This document shows positions 52,501 to 64,000 of a DNA stretch of 64,000 nt, piece after piece; position 1 is the stretch's first letter, and each line of letters opens with the position of its first letter. The stretch covers positions 258,354,001 to 258,418,000 of the forward strand of contig OZ024741.1 in NCBI GenBank assembly GCA_964016885.1, written 5' to 3'. A program made the position numbers and the translations under genes. The DNA is from Eledone cirrhosa. Its lineage: Eukaryota. Below the pieces are notes generated by a model. That model was not told the DNA's origin, did no database searches, and was given only the letters and a program-made list of their open reading frames with translations.

Positions 52501-55500
52501 TTGACTTACGGGTGTTTCGGCTTATGAGTGTTTCGACTTACGAGTGTTTCGACTTACGATTGTTTCGGATTACGAGTGTTTTGACTTGAGGGTTTTCGAC
52601 TTACGAGTGTTTCGATACGAGTGTTTCGACTTACGAGTGTTCTGACTTACGAGTGTTCTGACTTACGAGTGTTCTGACTTACAAGTGTTCTTACTTACGA
52701 CTGTTTCGACTTACGAGTGTTCCGACTTACGAGTGTTTCGGCTTACGAGTGTTTCGACTTACGAGTGTTTCGACTTACGAGTGTTCCGACTTACGGGTGT
52801 TTCGACTTACGAGTGTTTTGGCTTACGGTGTTTCGGCTTACGAGTGTTTCGAGTTACGAGAGTTTTGACTTACGCGTGTTTTGACATACGAGTGTTTCGA
52901 TACGAGTGTTCTGACTTACGAGTGTTCTGACTTACGAGTGTTCTGAGTTACGAGTGTTCTGACTTACGAGTGTTCCGACTTTACGAGTGTTTCGGCTCAC
53001 GAGTGTTTCGGCTTACGAGTGTTTCGACTTACGAAAATAACAAATAGACGCGGTTTCAAATCTCTATGCTTTTCAAATTCATTACATTAATCTTTATTCA
53101 TACGTTTCGCTTTACGAGTGTTTCGACTTACGAGTGTTTCGACATACGAGTGTTTCGGCTTACGAGTGTTTTGATTTACGAGTGTTTTGACTTACGGGTG
53201 CTTCGACTTACGCGTGTTTCGACTTACGAGTGTTTCGACTTACGAGTGTTTCGACTTACGAGTGTTTCGGCTTACGAGTGTTTTGACTTACGAGTGTTTC
53301 GGCTGGCGAGTGTTTCGACTTACGAGTGTTTTGACTTAAGGGTGTTTCGACTTACGAGTGTTTCGACTTACGAGTGTTTCGACTTACGAGTGTTTCGGCT
53401 TACGAGTGTTTTGACTTAAGGGTGTTTCGACTTACGAGTGTTTCGATACGAGTGTTTCGACTTACGAGTGTTCTGACTTACGAGTGTTCCGACTTACGAG
53501 TGTCTCGACTTACGAGTGTTTCGGCTTACGAGTGTTTCGACTTACGAGTGTTTCGACTTACGAGTGTTCTGATTTACGGATGTTTCGACATACGAGTGTT
53601 TCGACTTACGAGTGTTTCGACTTACGAGTGTTTTGACTTACGTGTGTTTTGACATACGAGTGTTTCGATACGAGTGTTTCGACTTACGAGTGTTCTGACT
53701 TACGATTGTTCTGACTTACGAGCGTTCTGACTTTCGAGTGTTTCGGCTTACGAGTGTTTCGGCTTACGAGTGTTTCGACTTACGAGTGTTTCGACTTACG
53801 AGTGTTCCGACTTACGGGTGTTTCGACTTACGAGTGTTTTGGCTTACGGTGTTTCGACTTACGAGTGTTTCGAGTTAAGAGTGTTTTGACTTACGCGTGT
53901 TTTGACATACGAGTGTTCTGACTTACGAGTGTTCTGACTTACGAGTGTTCTGACTTACGAGTGTTCTGACTTACGAGTGTTCCGACTTTACGAGTGTTTC
54001 GGCTCACGAGTGTTTCGGCTTACGAGTGTTTCGACTTACGAAAATAACAAATAGACGCGGTTTCAAATCTCTATGCTTTTAAAATTCATTACATTAATCT
54101 TTATTTATACGTTTCGCTTTACGAGTGTTTCGACTTACGAGTGTTTCGACATACGAGTGCTTCGACTTACGAATGTTTTTGCTTACGGGTGTTTCGACTT
54201 ACGAATGTTTTTGCTTACGAGTGTTTCGGTTTACGAGTGTTCCGACTTACGAGTGTTCCGACTTACGAGTGTTTCGGCTTACGAGTGTTTCCGGCTTACG
54301 AGTGTTTCGACTTACGAGTGTTTCGACTTACGAGTGTTTTGACTTACGGTGTTTCGGCTTACGAGTGATTAGACTTACGAGTGTTTTGACTTACGGGTGT
54401 TTTGACTTACGGGTGTTGTGAATTACGAGTGTTCCGATTTACGAGTGTTTTGACTTACGGTGTTTCGGCTTACAAGTGATTCGACTTACGAATGTTTTGA
54501 CTTACGGGTGTTTCGGCTTGCGTGTGTTTCGACTTACGAGTGTTTCGGCTTATGAGTGTTTCGACTTACTAATGTTTTTACTTACGAGTGTTTCGGCGTA
54601 CGAGTGTTTTGACTTACGAGTGTTTCGACTTACGAGTGTTTTGACGTACGAATGTTTTGACTTACGGGTGTTTCGGCTTACGAGTGTTTCGACTTACGAG
54701 TGTTTCGGCTTGCGAGTGTTTCGACTTACTAATGTTTTTACTTACGAGTGTTTCGGCGTACGAGTGTTTCGACTTACAAGTGTTTCGACTTAAGGGTGTT
54801 TCGACTTACGAGTGTTTTGGCTTACGGTGTTTCGACTTACGAGTGTGTTGGCTTACGAGTGTTTTGACTTAAGGGTGTTTCGACTTACGAGTGTTTCGAT
54901 ACGAGTGTTTCGATTTACGAGTGTTTCGGCTTACGAGTGTTTCGACTTACGAGTGTTTCGACTTACGAGTGTTTTGACTTACGGGTGTTTTGACATACGA
55001 GTGTTTCGATACGAGTGTTTCGACTTACGAGTGTTCTGACTTACGATTGTTCTGACTTACGAGCGTTCTGACTTCCGAGTGTTTCGGCTTACAAGTGATT
55101 CGACTTACGAATGTTTTAACTTACGGGTGTTTCGGCTTGCGAGTGTTTCGACTTACGAGTGTTTCGGCTTGCGAGTGTTTCGACTTACTAATGATTTTAC
55201 TTACGAGTCTTTCGGCGTACGAGTGTTTCGATTTACGAGTGTTTCGACTTACGGGTGTTTTGACTTACGGGTGTTTCGGCTTACGAGTGTTTCGACTTAC
55301 GAGTGTTTCGACTTACGAGTGTTTCGGATTACGAGTGTTCTGACTTACGAGTGTTCTGACTTACGAGTGTTTTGACTTACGGTGTTTCGGCTTACAAGTG
55401 ATTCGACTTACGAATGTTTTGACTTACGGGTGTTTCGGCTTGCGAGTGTTTCGACTTACGAGTGTTTCGGCTTATGAGTGTTTCGACTTACTAATGTTTT

Positions 55501-55540
55501 TACTTACGAGTGTTTCGGCGTACGAGTGTTTTGACTTACG
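37550..55540 (+). repeat. ~9.0-kb tandem higher-order duplication (two copies, junction near 46.6 kb)
   Basis: Offsets of 9002-9064 across ORF pairs 37636/46668, 38766/47798, 40872/49874, 44048/53066 and 46380/55398. Shared private variants: TCTTTCTTTA element allele, long T run at ~43035/52037, TTATCAG at ~42600/51602, GTGTGTTGG at ~45826/54844. Confidence 0.93.
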
Positions 55541-57267
55541 AGTGTTTCGGCTTACGAGTGTTTCGACTTACGAGTGTTCTGACTTACGAGTGTTCTGACT
55601 TATGAGTGTTCTGACTTACGAGTGTTCTGACTTACGAGTGTTCCGACTTACGAGTGTTTCGGCTTACGAGTGTTTCGGCTTACGAGTGTTTCGTCTTACG
55701 AGTGTTCTGACTTACGAGTGTTCTGACTTATGAGTGTTCTGACTTACGAGTGTTCTGACTTACGAGTGTTTCGACTTACTGGTGTTTTGACATACGAGTG
55801 TTTCGATACGAGTGTTTCGACTTACGAGTGTTCTGACTTACGAGTGTTCTAACTTACGAGTGTTCCGACTTACGAGTGTTTCGGCTCACGTGTGTTTCGG
55901 CTTACGAGTGTTTCGACTTACGAAAATAACAAATAGACGCGGTTTCAAATCTCTATGCTTTTCAAATTCATTACATTAATCTTTATTTATACGTTTCGCT
56001 TTACGAGTGTTTCGACTTACGAGTGTTTCGGCTTACGAGTGTTTTGACTTACGAGTGTTTTGACTTACATGTGTTTCGACTTACGCGTGTTTCGACTTAC
56101 GAGTGTTTCGACTTGCGAGTGTTTCGACTACGGGTGTTTCGACTTACGAATGTTTTGACTTACGGACGTTTTGACTTACGGGTGTTTCGGCTTACGAGTG
56201 TTTCGACTTACGAGTGTTTCGACTTACGAGTGTTTTGACTTACGAGTGTTTTGACTTACGGTGTTTCGGCTTACGAGTGTTTCGACTTACGAGTGTTTTG
56301 ACTTACGGGTGTTTTGACATACGAGTGTTTCGATACGAGTGTTCTGACTTACGAGTGTTCTGGCTTACGAGTGTTCTGACTTACGAGTGTTTTGACTTAC
56401 GAGTGTTCTGACATACGTGTGTTCTGACTTACGAGTGTTCCGATTTACGAGTGTTTCGGCATATGAGTGTTTCGACTTACGGATGTTTTTGCTTACGGGT
56501 GTTTCGACTTACGAATGTTTTTGCTTACGAGTGTTTCGGCTTACGAGTGTTTCGACTTACGAAAATAACAAATAGACGCGGTTTCAAATCTCTATGCTTT
56601 TCAAATTCATTACATTAATCTTTATTTACACGTTTCGCTTTACGAGTGTTTCGACTTACGAGTGTTTCGGCTTACGAGTGTTTTGACTTACGAGTGTTTC
56701 GGCTGGCGAGTGTTTCGACTTACGAGTGTTTTGACTTAAGGGTGTTTCGACTTACGAGTGTTTCGACTTACGAGTGTTTCGACTTACGAGTGTTTCGGCT
56801 TACGAGTGTTTTGACTTAAGGGTGTTTCGACTTACGAGTGTTTCGACTTACGAGTGTTTCGACTTACGAGTGTTTCGGCTTACGAGTGTTTTGACTTAAG
56901 TGTGTTTCGACTTACGAGTGTTTCGATACGAGTGTTTCGACTTACGAGTGTTTCGGCTTACGAGTGTTTCGACTTACGAGTGTTTCGACTTACGAGTGTT
57001 CTGACTTACGATTGTTCTGACTTACGAGCGTTCTGACTTACGAGTGTTTCGGCTTACGAGTGTTTTGGCTTACGGTGTTTCGACTTACGAGTGTTTCGAG
57101 TTAAGAGTGTTTTGACTTACGCGTGTTTTGACATACGAGTGTTCTGACTTACGAGTGTTCTGACTTACGAGTGTTCTGACTTACGAGTGTTCTGACTTAC
57201 GAGTGTTCCGACTTTACGAGTGTTTCGGCTCACGAGTGTTTCGGCTTACGAGTGTTTCGACTTACGA

Positions 57268-57336
57268 AAATAACAAATAGACGCGGTTTCAAATCTCTAT
57301 GCTTTTAAAATTCATTACATTAATCTTTATTTATAC
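57268..57336 (+). repeat. AT-rich element, last copy in the window (TTTTAAAA allele)
   Basis: Read directly; no further copy seen between 57,337 and 64,000. Confidence 0.95.
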
Positions 57337-57709
57337 GTTTCGCTTTACGAGTGTTTCGACTTACGAGTGTTTCGACTTACGAGTGTTCTGATTTACGGAT
57401 GTTTCGACATACGAGTGTTTCGACTTACGAGTGTTTCGACTTACGAGTGTTTTGACTTACGTGTGTTTTGACATACGAGTGTTTCGATACGAGTGTTTCG
57501 ACTTACGAGTGTTCTGACTTACGATTGTTCTGACTTACGAGCGTTCTGACTTACGAGTGTTTCGGCTTACGAGTGTTTCGGCTTACGAGTGTTTCGACTT
57601 ACGAGTGTTTCGACTTACGAGTGTTCCGACTTACGGGTGTTTCGACTTACGAGTGTTTTGGCTTACGGTGTTTCGACTTACGAGTGTTTCGAGTTAAGAG
57701 TGTTTTGAC

Positions 57710-60700
57710 TTAAGGGTGTTTCGACTTACGAGTATTTTTGGCTTACGAGTGTTTCGACTTACGAGTGTTTCGACTTACGAGTGTTTCGACTTACGGGTGT
57801 TTCGACTCACGAGTGTTCCGACTTACGAGTGTTACGACTTACGGGTGTTCTGACTTACGAGTGTTTCGACTTACGAGTGTTCTGACTTACGGGTGTTTCG
57901 ACTTACGAGTGTTTCGACTTACGAATGTTTTGACTTACGGGTGTTTCGGCTTACGAGTGGTTTGACTTACGAGTGTTCTGACTACGAGTGTTCTGTCTTA
58001 CGAGTGTTTCGACTTACGAGTGTTTCGGCTTATGAGTGTTTCGACTTACGAGTGTTTCGGCTTACGAGTCTTTCGACTTACGAGTGTTTCGACTTACGGG
58101 TGTTTCGACTTACGAGTGTTTCGACTACGAATGTTTCGACTTACGAGTGTTTCGGCTTACGAGTGTTTCGACTTATGGGTGTTTCGACTTACGAGTGTTT
58201 TTACTTACGGTGTTTCGGCTTACGAGTGTTTCGACATACGAGTGTTTTGACTTACGGGTGTTTCGACTTACGAGTGTTTCGACTTACGAATGTTTTGACT
58301 TACGGGTGTTTCGGCTTACGAGTGTTTCGATTTATGAGTGTTTCGGCTTACGAGTGTTTCGACTTACTAATGTTTTTACTTACGAGTGTTTCGGCGTACG
58401 AGAGTTTTGACTTACGAGTGTTTCTACTTACGAGTGTTTCGACTTACGAGTGTTTTGACTTACGAATGTTTTGACTTACGGGTGTTTCGGCTTACGAGTG
58501 TTTCGACTTACGAGTCTTTCGGCTTACGAGTGTTTCGACTTACTAATGTTTTTACTTACGAGTGTTTCGGCGTACGAGTGTTTCGACTTACGAGTGTTTC
58601 GACTTACGGGTGTTTTGACTTACGGGTGTTTCGGCTTACGAGTGTTTCGACTTACGAGTGTTTTGACTTAAGGGTGTTTCGACTTACGAGTATTTTTGGC
58701 TTACGAGTGTTTCGACTTACGAGTGTTTTGACTTACGAGTGTTCTAATTTACGGATGTTTCGACATACGAGTGTTTTGACTTACGAGTGTTTCGACTTAT
58801 GAGTGTTTCGACTTACGAGTGTTTCGGCTTACGAGTGGTTTGACTTACGAGTGTTCTGACTACGAGTGTTTTGACTTACGAGTGTTTCGGCTTATGAGTG
58901 TTTCGACTTACGAGTGTTTCGGCTTATGAGTGTTTCGACTTACGAGTGTTTCGGTTTACGAGTGTTTCGACTTACGAGTGTTTTTACTTAAGGGTGTTTC
59001 GACTTACGAGTATTTTTGGCTTACGAGTGTTTCGACTTACGAGTGTTTTGACTTACGAGTGTTCTGATTTACGAATGTTTCGACATACGAGTGTTTTGAC
59101 TTACGATGTTTCGACTTACGAGTGTTTCGACTTACGAGTGTTTCGACTTACGGGTGTTTCGACTTACGAGTGTTTCGACTTACGAATGTTTCGACTTACG
59201 GGTGTTCCGGCTTACGAGTGTTTCGACTTACGAGTGTACTGACTTACGAGTGTTCTGACTTACGAGTGTTCCGGCTTACGAGTTTTTCGACTTACGAGTG
59301 TTTCGACTTACGAGTGTTTCGACTTACGAGTGTTTCGACTTACGAATGTTTTCGCTTACGAGTGTTTCGACTTACGAGTGTTTCGACTTACGAGTGTTTT
59401 GACTTACGGTTTTTCGGCTTGCGAGTGTTTCGACATACGAGTGTTTTGACTTACGGGCGTTTCGACTTACGGGTGTTTCGACTTACGAGTGTTTCGACTT
59501 ACGAGTGTTCTGACTTACGAGTGTTCTGACTTGCGAGTGTTCCGACTTACGAGTGCTTCGGCTTACGAGTGTTTCGACATACGAGTGTTTTGACTTACGG
59601 ATGTTTCAACTTACGGGTGTTTCGACTTACGAGTGTTTCGACTTACGAGTGTTCTGACTACGAGTGTTCTGACTTACGGGTGCTCTGACTTACGAGTGTT
59701 TCGACTTACGAGTGTTTCGACTTACGAGTGTTTCGGCTTACGAGTGTTTCGACTTACGAGTGTTTTGACTTACGAATGTTTTGCCTTACGGGTGTTCCGG
59801 TTTACGAGTGTTTCGACTTACGAGTATTCTGACTTACGAGTGTTCCGACTTACGGGTGTTTCGACTTACGAGTGTTTCGACTTACGAGTGTTCCGACCTA
59901 TGAGGGTTTCGGCTTACTGGTGTTCCGACTTACGAGTATTTTCGGCTGACGAGTGTTTCGAGTTACGAGTGTTTTGACTTACGATTGTTTCGGCTTACGA
60001 GTGTTTCGGCTTACGAGTGTTTTGATTTACGAGTGTTTTGACTTACGGGTGTTTCGACTTACGCGTGTTTCGACTTACGAGTGTTTCGACTTACGAGTGT
60101 TTCGGCTTATGAGTGTTTCGAATTACGAGTGTTTTGACTTACGGGTATTTTGACATACGAGTGTTTCGGTACGAGTGTTCTGACTTACGAGTGTTCTGAC
60201 TTACGAGTGTTCTGACTTACGAGTGTTCTGACTAACGGGTGTTCTGACTTACGAGTGTTCCGACTTACGAGTGTTTCGGCTATGAGTGTTTTGACTTACG
60301 GGTGTTTCGACTTACGGGTGTTTCGTCTTACGAGTGTTTCGACTTACGTGTGTTTCCGCTTACGAGTGTTTCGGCTTACGAGTGTTTCGACTTACGAGTA
60401 TTTCGACTTACGAGTTTTTTTACTTACGGTGTTTCGGCTTACGAGTGTTTCGACTTATGAGTGTTCTGATTTACGGATGTTTCGACATACGAGTGTTTTG
60501 ACTTACGGTGTTTCGACTTACGAGTGTTTCGACTTACGAGTGTTTCGACTTACGGGTGTTTCGACTTACGAGTGTTTCGACTTACGAGTGTTACGACTTA
60601 CGGGTGTTCTGACTTACGAGTGTTTCGACTTGCGAGTGTTCTGACTTACGGGTGTTTCGACTTACGAGTGTTTCGACTTACGAGTGTTTTGACTTACGAG

Positions 60701-63700
60701 TGTTCTGACTTACGAGTGTTCTGACTTACGAGAGTTCCGACTTACGACTGTTTCGACTTACGAGTGTTTTGACTTACGAGTGTTCTGACTACGAGTGTTC
60801 TGACTTACGGGTGTTCTGACTTACGAGTGTTCCGACTTACGAGTGTTTCGGCTAATGAGTGTTTCGACTTACGGGCGTTTCGACTTACGGGTGTTTCGAC
60901 TTACGAGTGTTTTGACTTACGAGTGTTCTGACTTACGAGTGTTCTGACTTACGAGAGTTTCGACTTATGAGTGTTTCGACTTACGAGTGTTTCGACTTAC
61001 GAGTGTTTTGACTTACGAGTGTTCTGATTTACGAATGTTTCGACATACGAGTGTTTTGACTTACGATGTTTCGACTTACGAGTGTTTCGACTTACGAGTG
61101 TTTCGACTTACGGGTGTTTCGACTTACGAGTGTTTCGACTTACGAATGTTTCGACTTACGGGTGTTCCGGCTTACGAGTGTTTCGACTTACGAGTGTACT
61201 GACTTACGAGTGTTCTGACTTACGAGTGTTCCGGCTTACGAGTTTTTCGACTTACGAGTGTTTCGACTTACGAGTGTTTCGACTTACGAGTGTTTCGACT
61301 TACGAATGTTTTCGCTTACGAGTGTTTCGACTTACGAGTGTTTCGACTTACGAGTGTTTTGACTTACGGTTTTTCGGCTTGCGAGTGTTTCGACATACGA
61401 GTGTTTTGACTTACGGGCGTTTCGACTTACGGGTGTTTCGACTTACGAGTGTTTCGACTTACGAGTGTTCTGACTTACGAGTGTTCTGACTTGCGAGTGT
61501 TCCGACTTACGAGTGCTTCGGCTTACGAGTGTTTCGACATACGAGTGTTTTGACTTACGGATGTTTCAACTTACGGGTGTTTCGACTTACGAGTGTTTCG
61601 ACTTACGAGTGTTCTGACTACGAGTGTTCTGACTTACGGGTGCTCTGACTTACGAGTGTTTCGACTTACGAGTGTTTCGACTTACGAGTGTTTCGGCTTA
61701 CGAGTGTTTCGACTTACGAGTGTTTTGACTTACGAATGTTTTGCCTTACGGGTGTTCCGGTTTACGAGTGTTTCGACTTACGAGTATTCTGACTTACGAG
61801 TGTTCCGACTTACGGGTGTTTCGACTTACGAGTGTTTCGACTTACGAGTGTTCCGACCTATGAGGGTTTCGGCTTACTGGTGTTCCGACTTACGAGTATT
61901 TTCGGCTGACGAGTGTTTCGAGTTACGAGTGTTTTGACTTACGATTGTTTCGGCTTACGAGTGTTTCGGCTTACGAGTGTTTTGATTTACGAGTGTTTTG
62001 ACTTACGGGTGTTTCGACTTACGCGTGTTTCGACTTACGAGTGTTTCGACTTACGAGTGTTTCGGCTTATGAGTGTTTCGAATTACGAGTGTTTTGACTT
62101 ACGGGTATTTTGACATACGAGTGTTTCGGTACGAGTGTTCTGACTTACGAGTGTTCTGACTTACGAGTGTTCTGACTTACGAGTGTTCTGACTAACGGGT
62201 GTTCTGACTTACGAGTGTTCCGACTTACGAGTGTTTCGGCTTTGAGTGTTTTGACTTACGGGTGTTTCGACTTACGGGTGTTTCGTCTTACGAGTGTTTC
62301 GACTTACGTGTGTTTCCGCTTACGAGTGTTTCGGCTTACGAGTGTTTCGACTTACGAGTATTTCGACTTACGAGTTTTTTTACTTACGGTGTTTCGGCTT
62401 ACGAGTGTTTCGACTTATGAGTGTTCTGATTTACGGATGTTTCGACATACGAGTGTTTTGACTTACGGTGTTTCGACTTACGAGTGTTTCGACTTACGAG
62501 TGTTTCGACTTACGGGTGTTTCGACTTACGAGTGTTTCGACTTACGAGTGTTACGACTTACGGGTGTTCTGACTTACGAGTGTTTCGACTTGCGAGTGTT
62601 CTGACTTACGGGTGTTTCGACTTACGAGTGTTTCGACTTGCGAGTGTTTTGACTTACGAGTGTTCTGACTTACGAGTGTTCTGACTTACGAGAGTTCCGA
62701 CTTACGACTGTTTCGACTTACGAGTGTTTTGACTTACGAGTGTTCTGACTACGAGTGTTCTGACTTACGGGTGTTCTGACTTACGAGTGTTCCGACTTAC
62801 GAGTGTTTCGGCTAATGAGTGTTTCGACTTACGGGCGTTTCGACTTACGGGTGTTTCGACTTACGAGTGTTTTGACTTACGAGTGTTCTGACTTACGAGT
62901 GTTCTGACTTACGAGAGTTTCGACTTATGAGTGTTTCGACTTACGAGTGTTTCGGCTTACGAGTGGTTTGACTTACGAGTGTTCTGACTACGAGTGTTTT
63001 GACTTACGAGTATTTCGGCTTATGAGTGTTTCGACTTACGAGTGTTTCGGCTTATGAGTGTTTTGACTTACGAGTGTTTCGACTTATGAGTGTTTCGACT
63101 TACGAGTGTTTCGGCTTACGAGTGGTTTGACTTACGAGTGTTCTGACTACGAGTGTTTTGACTTACGAGTATTTCGGCTTATGAGTGTTTCGACTTACGA
63201 GTGTTTCGGCTTATGAGTGTTTCGACTTACGTGTGTTTCGGTTTACGAGTGTTTCGACTTACGAGTGTTTCGACTTACGGGTGTTTCGACTTACGAGTGT
63301 TTCGACTACGAGTGTTTCGACTTACGAGTGTTTCGGCTTACGAGTGTTTCGACATACGGGTGTTTCGACTTACGATGTTTCGGCTTACGAGTGTTTCGAC
63401 TTACGAGTATTCTGACTTACGGGTGTTTCGACTTACGGGTGTTTCGACTTAAGAGTGTTTCGACTTACGAGCGCTTCGATTTCCGAGTGTTCTGACTTAC
63501 GAGTGTTCTGACTTACGAGTGTTTCGGCTTACGAGTGTTTCGACTTACGAGTGTTCCGGCTTACGCGTGTTTCGACTTACGAGTGTTTCGGCTTATGAGT
63601 GTTTCGACTTACGAGTGCTTCGGCTTACGAGTGTTTCGACTTACGAGTGTTTCGGCTTACGAGAGTTTCGACTTACGAATGTTTTGGCTTACGAGTGTTT

Positions 63701-64000
63701 CGGCTTACGAGTGTTTCGACTTACGGGTGTTTCGACTTACGGGTGTTCCGACTTAAGAGTGATTCGACTTACGAGCGCTTCGACTTACGAGTGTTCCGAC
63801 TTACGAGTGTTTCTGCTTACGAGTGTTTCGACTTACGAATGTTTCGACTTACGAGTGTTTCGGCTTACGAGTGTTTCGACTTACTAATGTTTTTACTTAC
63901 GAGTGTTTCGGCGTACGAGTGTTTCGACTTACGAGTGTTTCGGCTTACGAGTGTTTCGACTTACGAGTGTTTTTACTTAATGGTGTTTCGACTTACGAGT
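57710..64000 (+). repeat. Element-free satellite domain with a distinct variant set
   Basis: No AT-rich element. Characteristic variants are GTATTTTTGGC, GTGGTTTGAC, CTGACTACG, GTTACGAC and GGGCGTTTCG. Confidence 0.88.
59020..62950 (+). repeat. 1960-bp tandem duplication (two near-identical copies)
   Basis: ORF pairs 59122/61082, 59633/61593, 59953/61913, 60255/62215 and 60524/62484. Shared rare variants include CCGACCTATGAGGG and TTTGCCTTACG. Confidence 0.93.

Larger units (their letters stand above)
1..57336 (+). repeat. Family of 40 interspersed 69-bp AT-rich elements (~25% GC) embedded in the satellite
   Basis: Starts at 1, 1201, 2157, 3211, 4108, 4973, 7440, 9447, 12688, 14028, 15000, 16054, 16951, 17816, 20284, 21891, 23498, 25330, 26735, 29122, 30255, 34393, 35878, 36754, 37393, 38735, 39819, 40841, 41833, 44017, 45024, 47767, 48851, 49843, 50835, 53035, 54042, 55924, 56563, 57268; each ends at start+68. 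Typically flanked by ...CTTACGA on the left and GTTTCGCTTTACGAG on the right. Confidence 0.97.
1..64000 (+). repeat. 16-bp tandem satellite array, consensus GACTTACGAGTGTTTC, head-to-tail, running off both window edges
   Basis: Visible on every line. Common variants are TTTTGAC, TTCTGAC, TTCCGAC, GGCTTACG and TACGGGT. Length variants include a 14-mer (TTCGATACG), 15-mers (TTACGGTG, GACTACG) and 17-mers (CGACTTTACG, TTTCCGGC). No inverted block seen. Confidence 0.99.

Noticed and set aside
1-57336. CRISPR array with the 69-mer as repeat, or with 16-mers as repeats
   Set aside because: There are no unique spacers, the repeat and spacer sizes are wrong, and there is no leader or cas gene.
292-63887. 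Numerous + strand ORFs of 60-228 aa
   Set aside because: They are translations of the 16-bp repeat (48-nt, 16-aa period), overlap in all three frames, mostly start at non-ATG codons and mostly end at TGA created by CG>TG variants. The absence of minus ORFs follows from the TAA in each monomer.
70-64000. Telomeric repeat of the long yeast type
   Set aside because: The strand is T/G-leaning, but there is no G-run core, and the 64-kb length, heritable variant patterns and kilobase duplications fit recombination-driven satellite rather than telomerase addition.
1-64000. Pure sequencing or assembly artefact
   Set aside because: Variants recur in consistent ordered haplotypes with hierarchical divergence, unlike random error. 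Individual near-identical duplications still need read support.

Overview
The whole window is one single-orientation satellite array built from a 16-bp monomer (consensus GACTTACGAGTGTTTC, about 3,800 copies by arithmetic). I see no supportable protein-coding gene, RNA gene or transposase. From 1 to about 57,340 the array is punctuated by 40 near-identical copies (hand count) of a 69-bp AT-rich element, AAATAACAAATAGACGCGGTTTCAAATCTCTATGCTTTTCAAATTCATTACATTAATCTTTATTTATAC. The element always lies in the same orientation and monomer phase, sits inside a stereotyped cassette of variant monomers, and recurs every 0.64-4.1 kb (most often 0.9-1.1 kb). Diagnostic variants reveal nested higher-order duplications with offsets of 865, 992, 1607, 1960, 5248, ~9020, ~12,840 and 19,170 bp, and empty sites where the element is missing. 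At about 57.7 kb the array switches abruptly to an element-free domain with its own variants. The ORF track is explained by the repeat: the consensus has no stop codon on +, and each monomer has a TAA on -. The architecture suggests a eukaryotic centromeric or heterochromatic satellite, but organism and function cannot be determined from the sequence. All counts and coordinates were read by eye.
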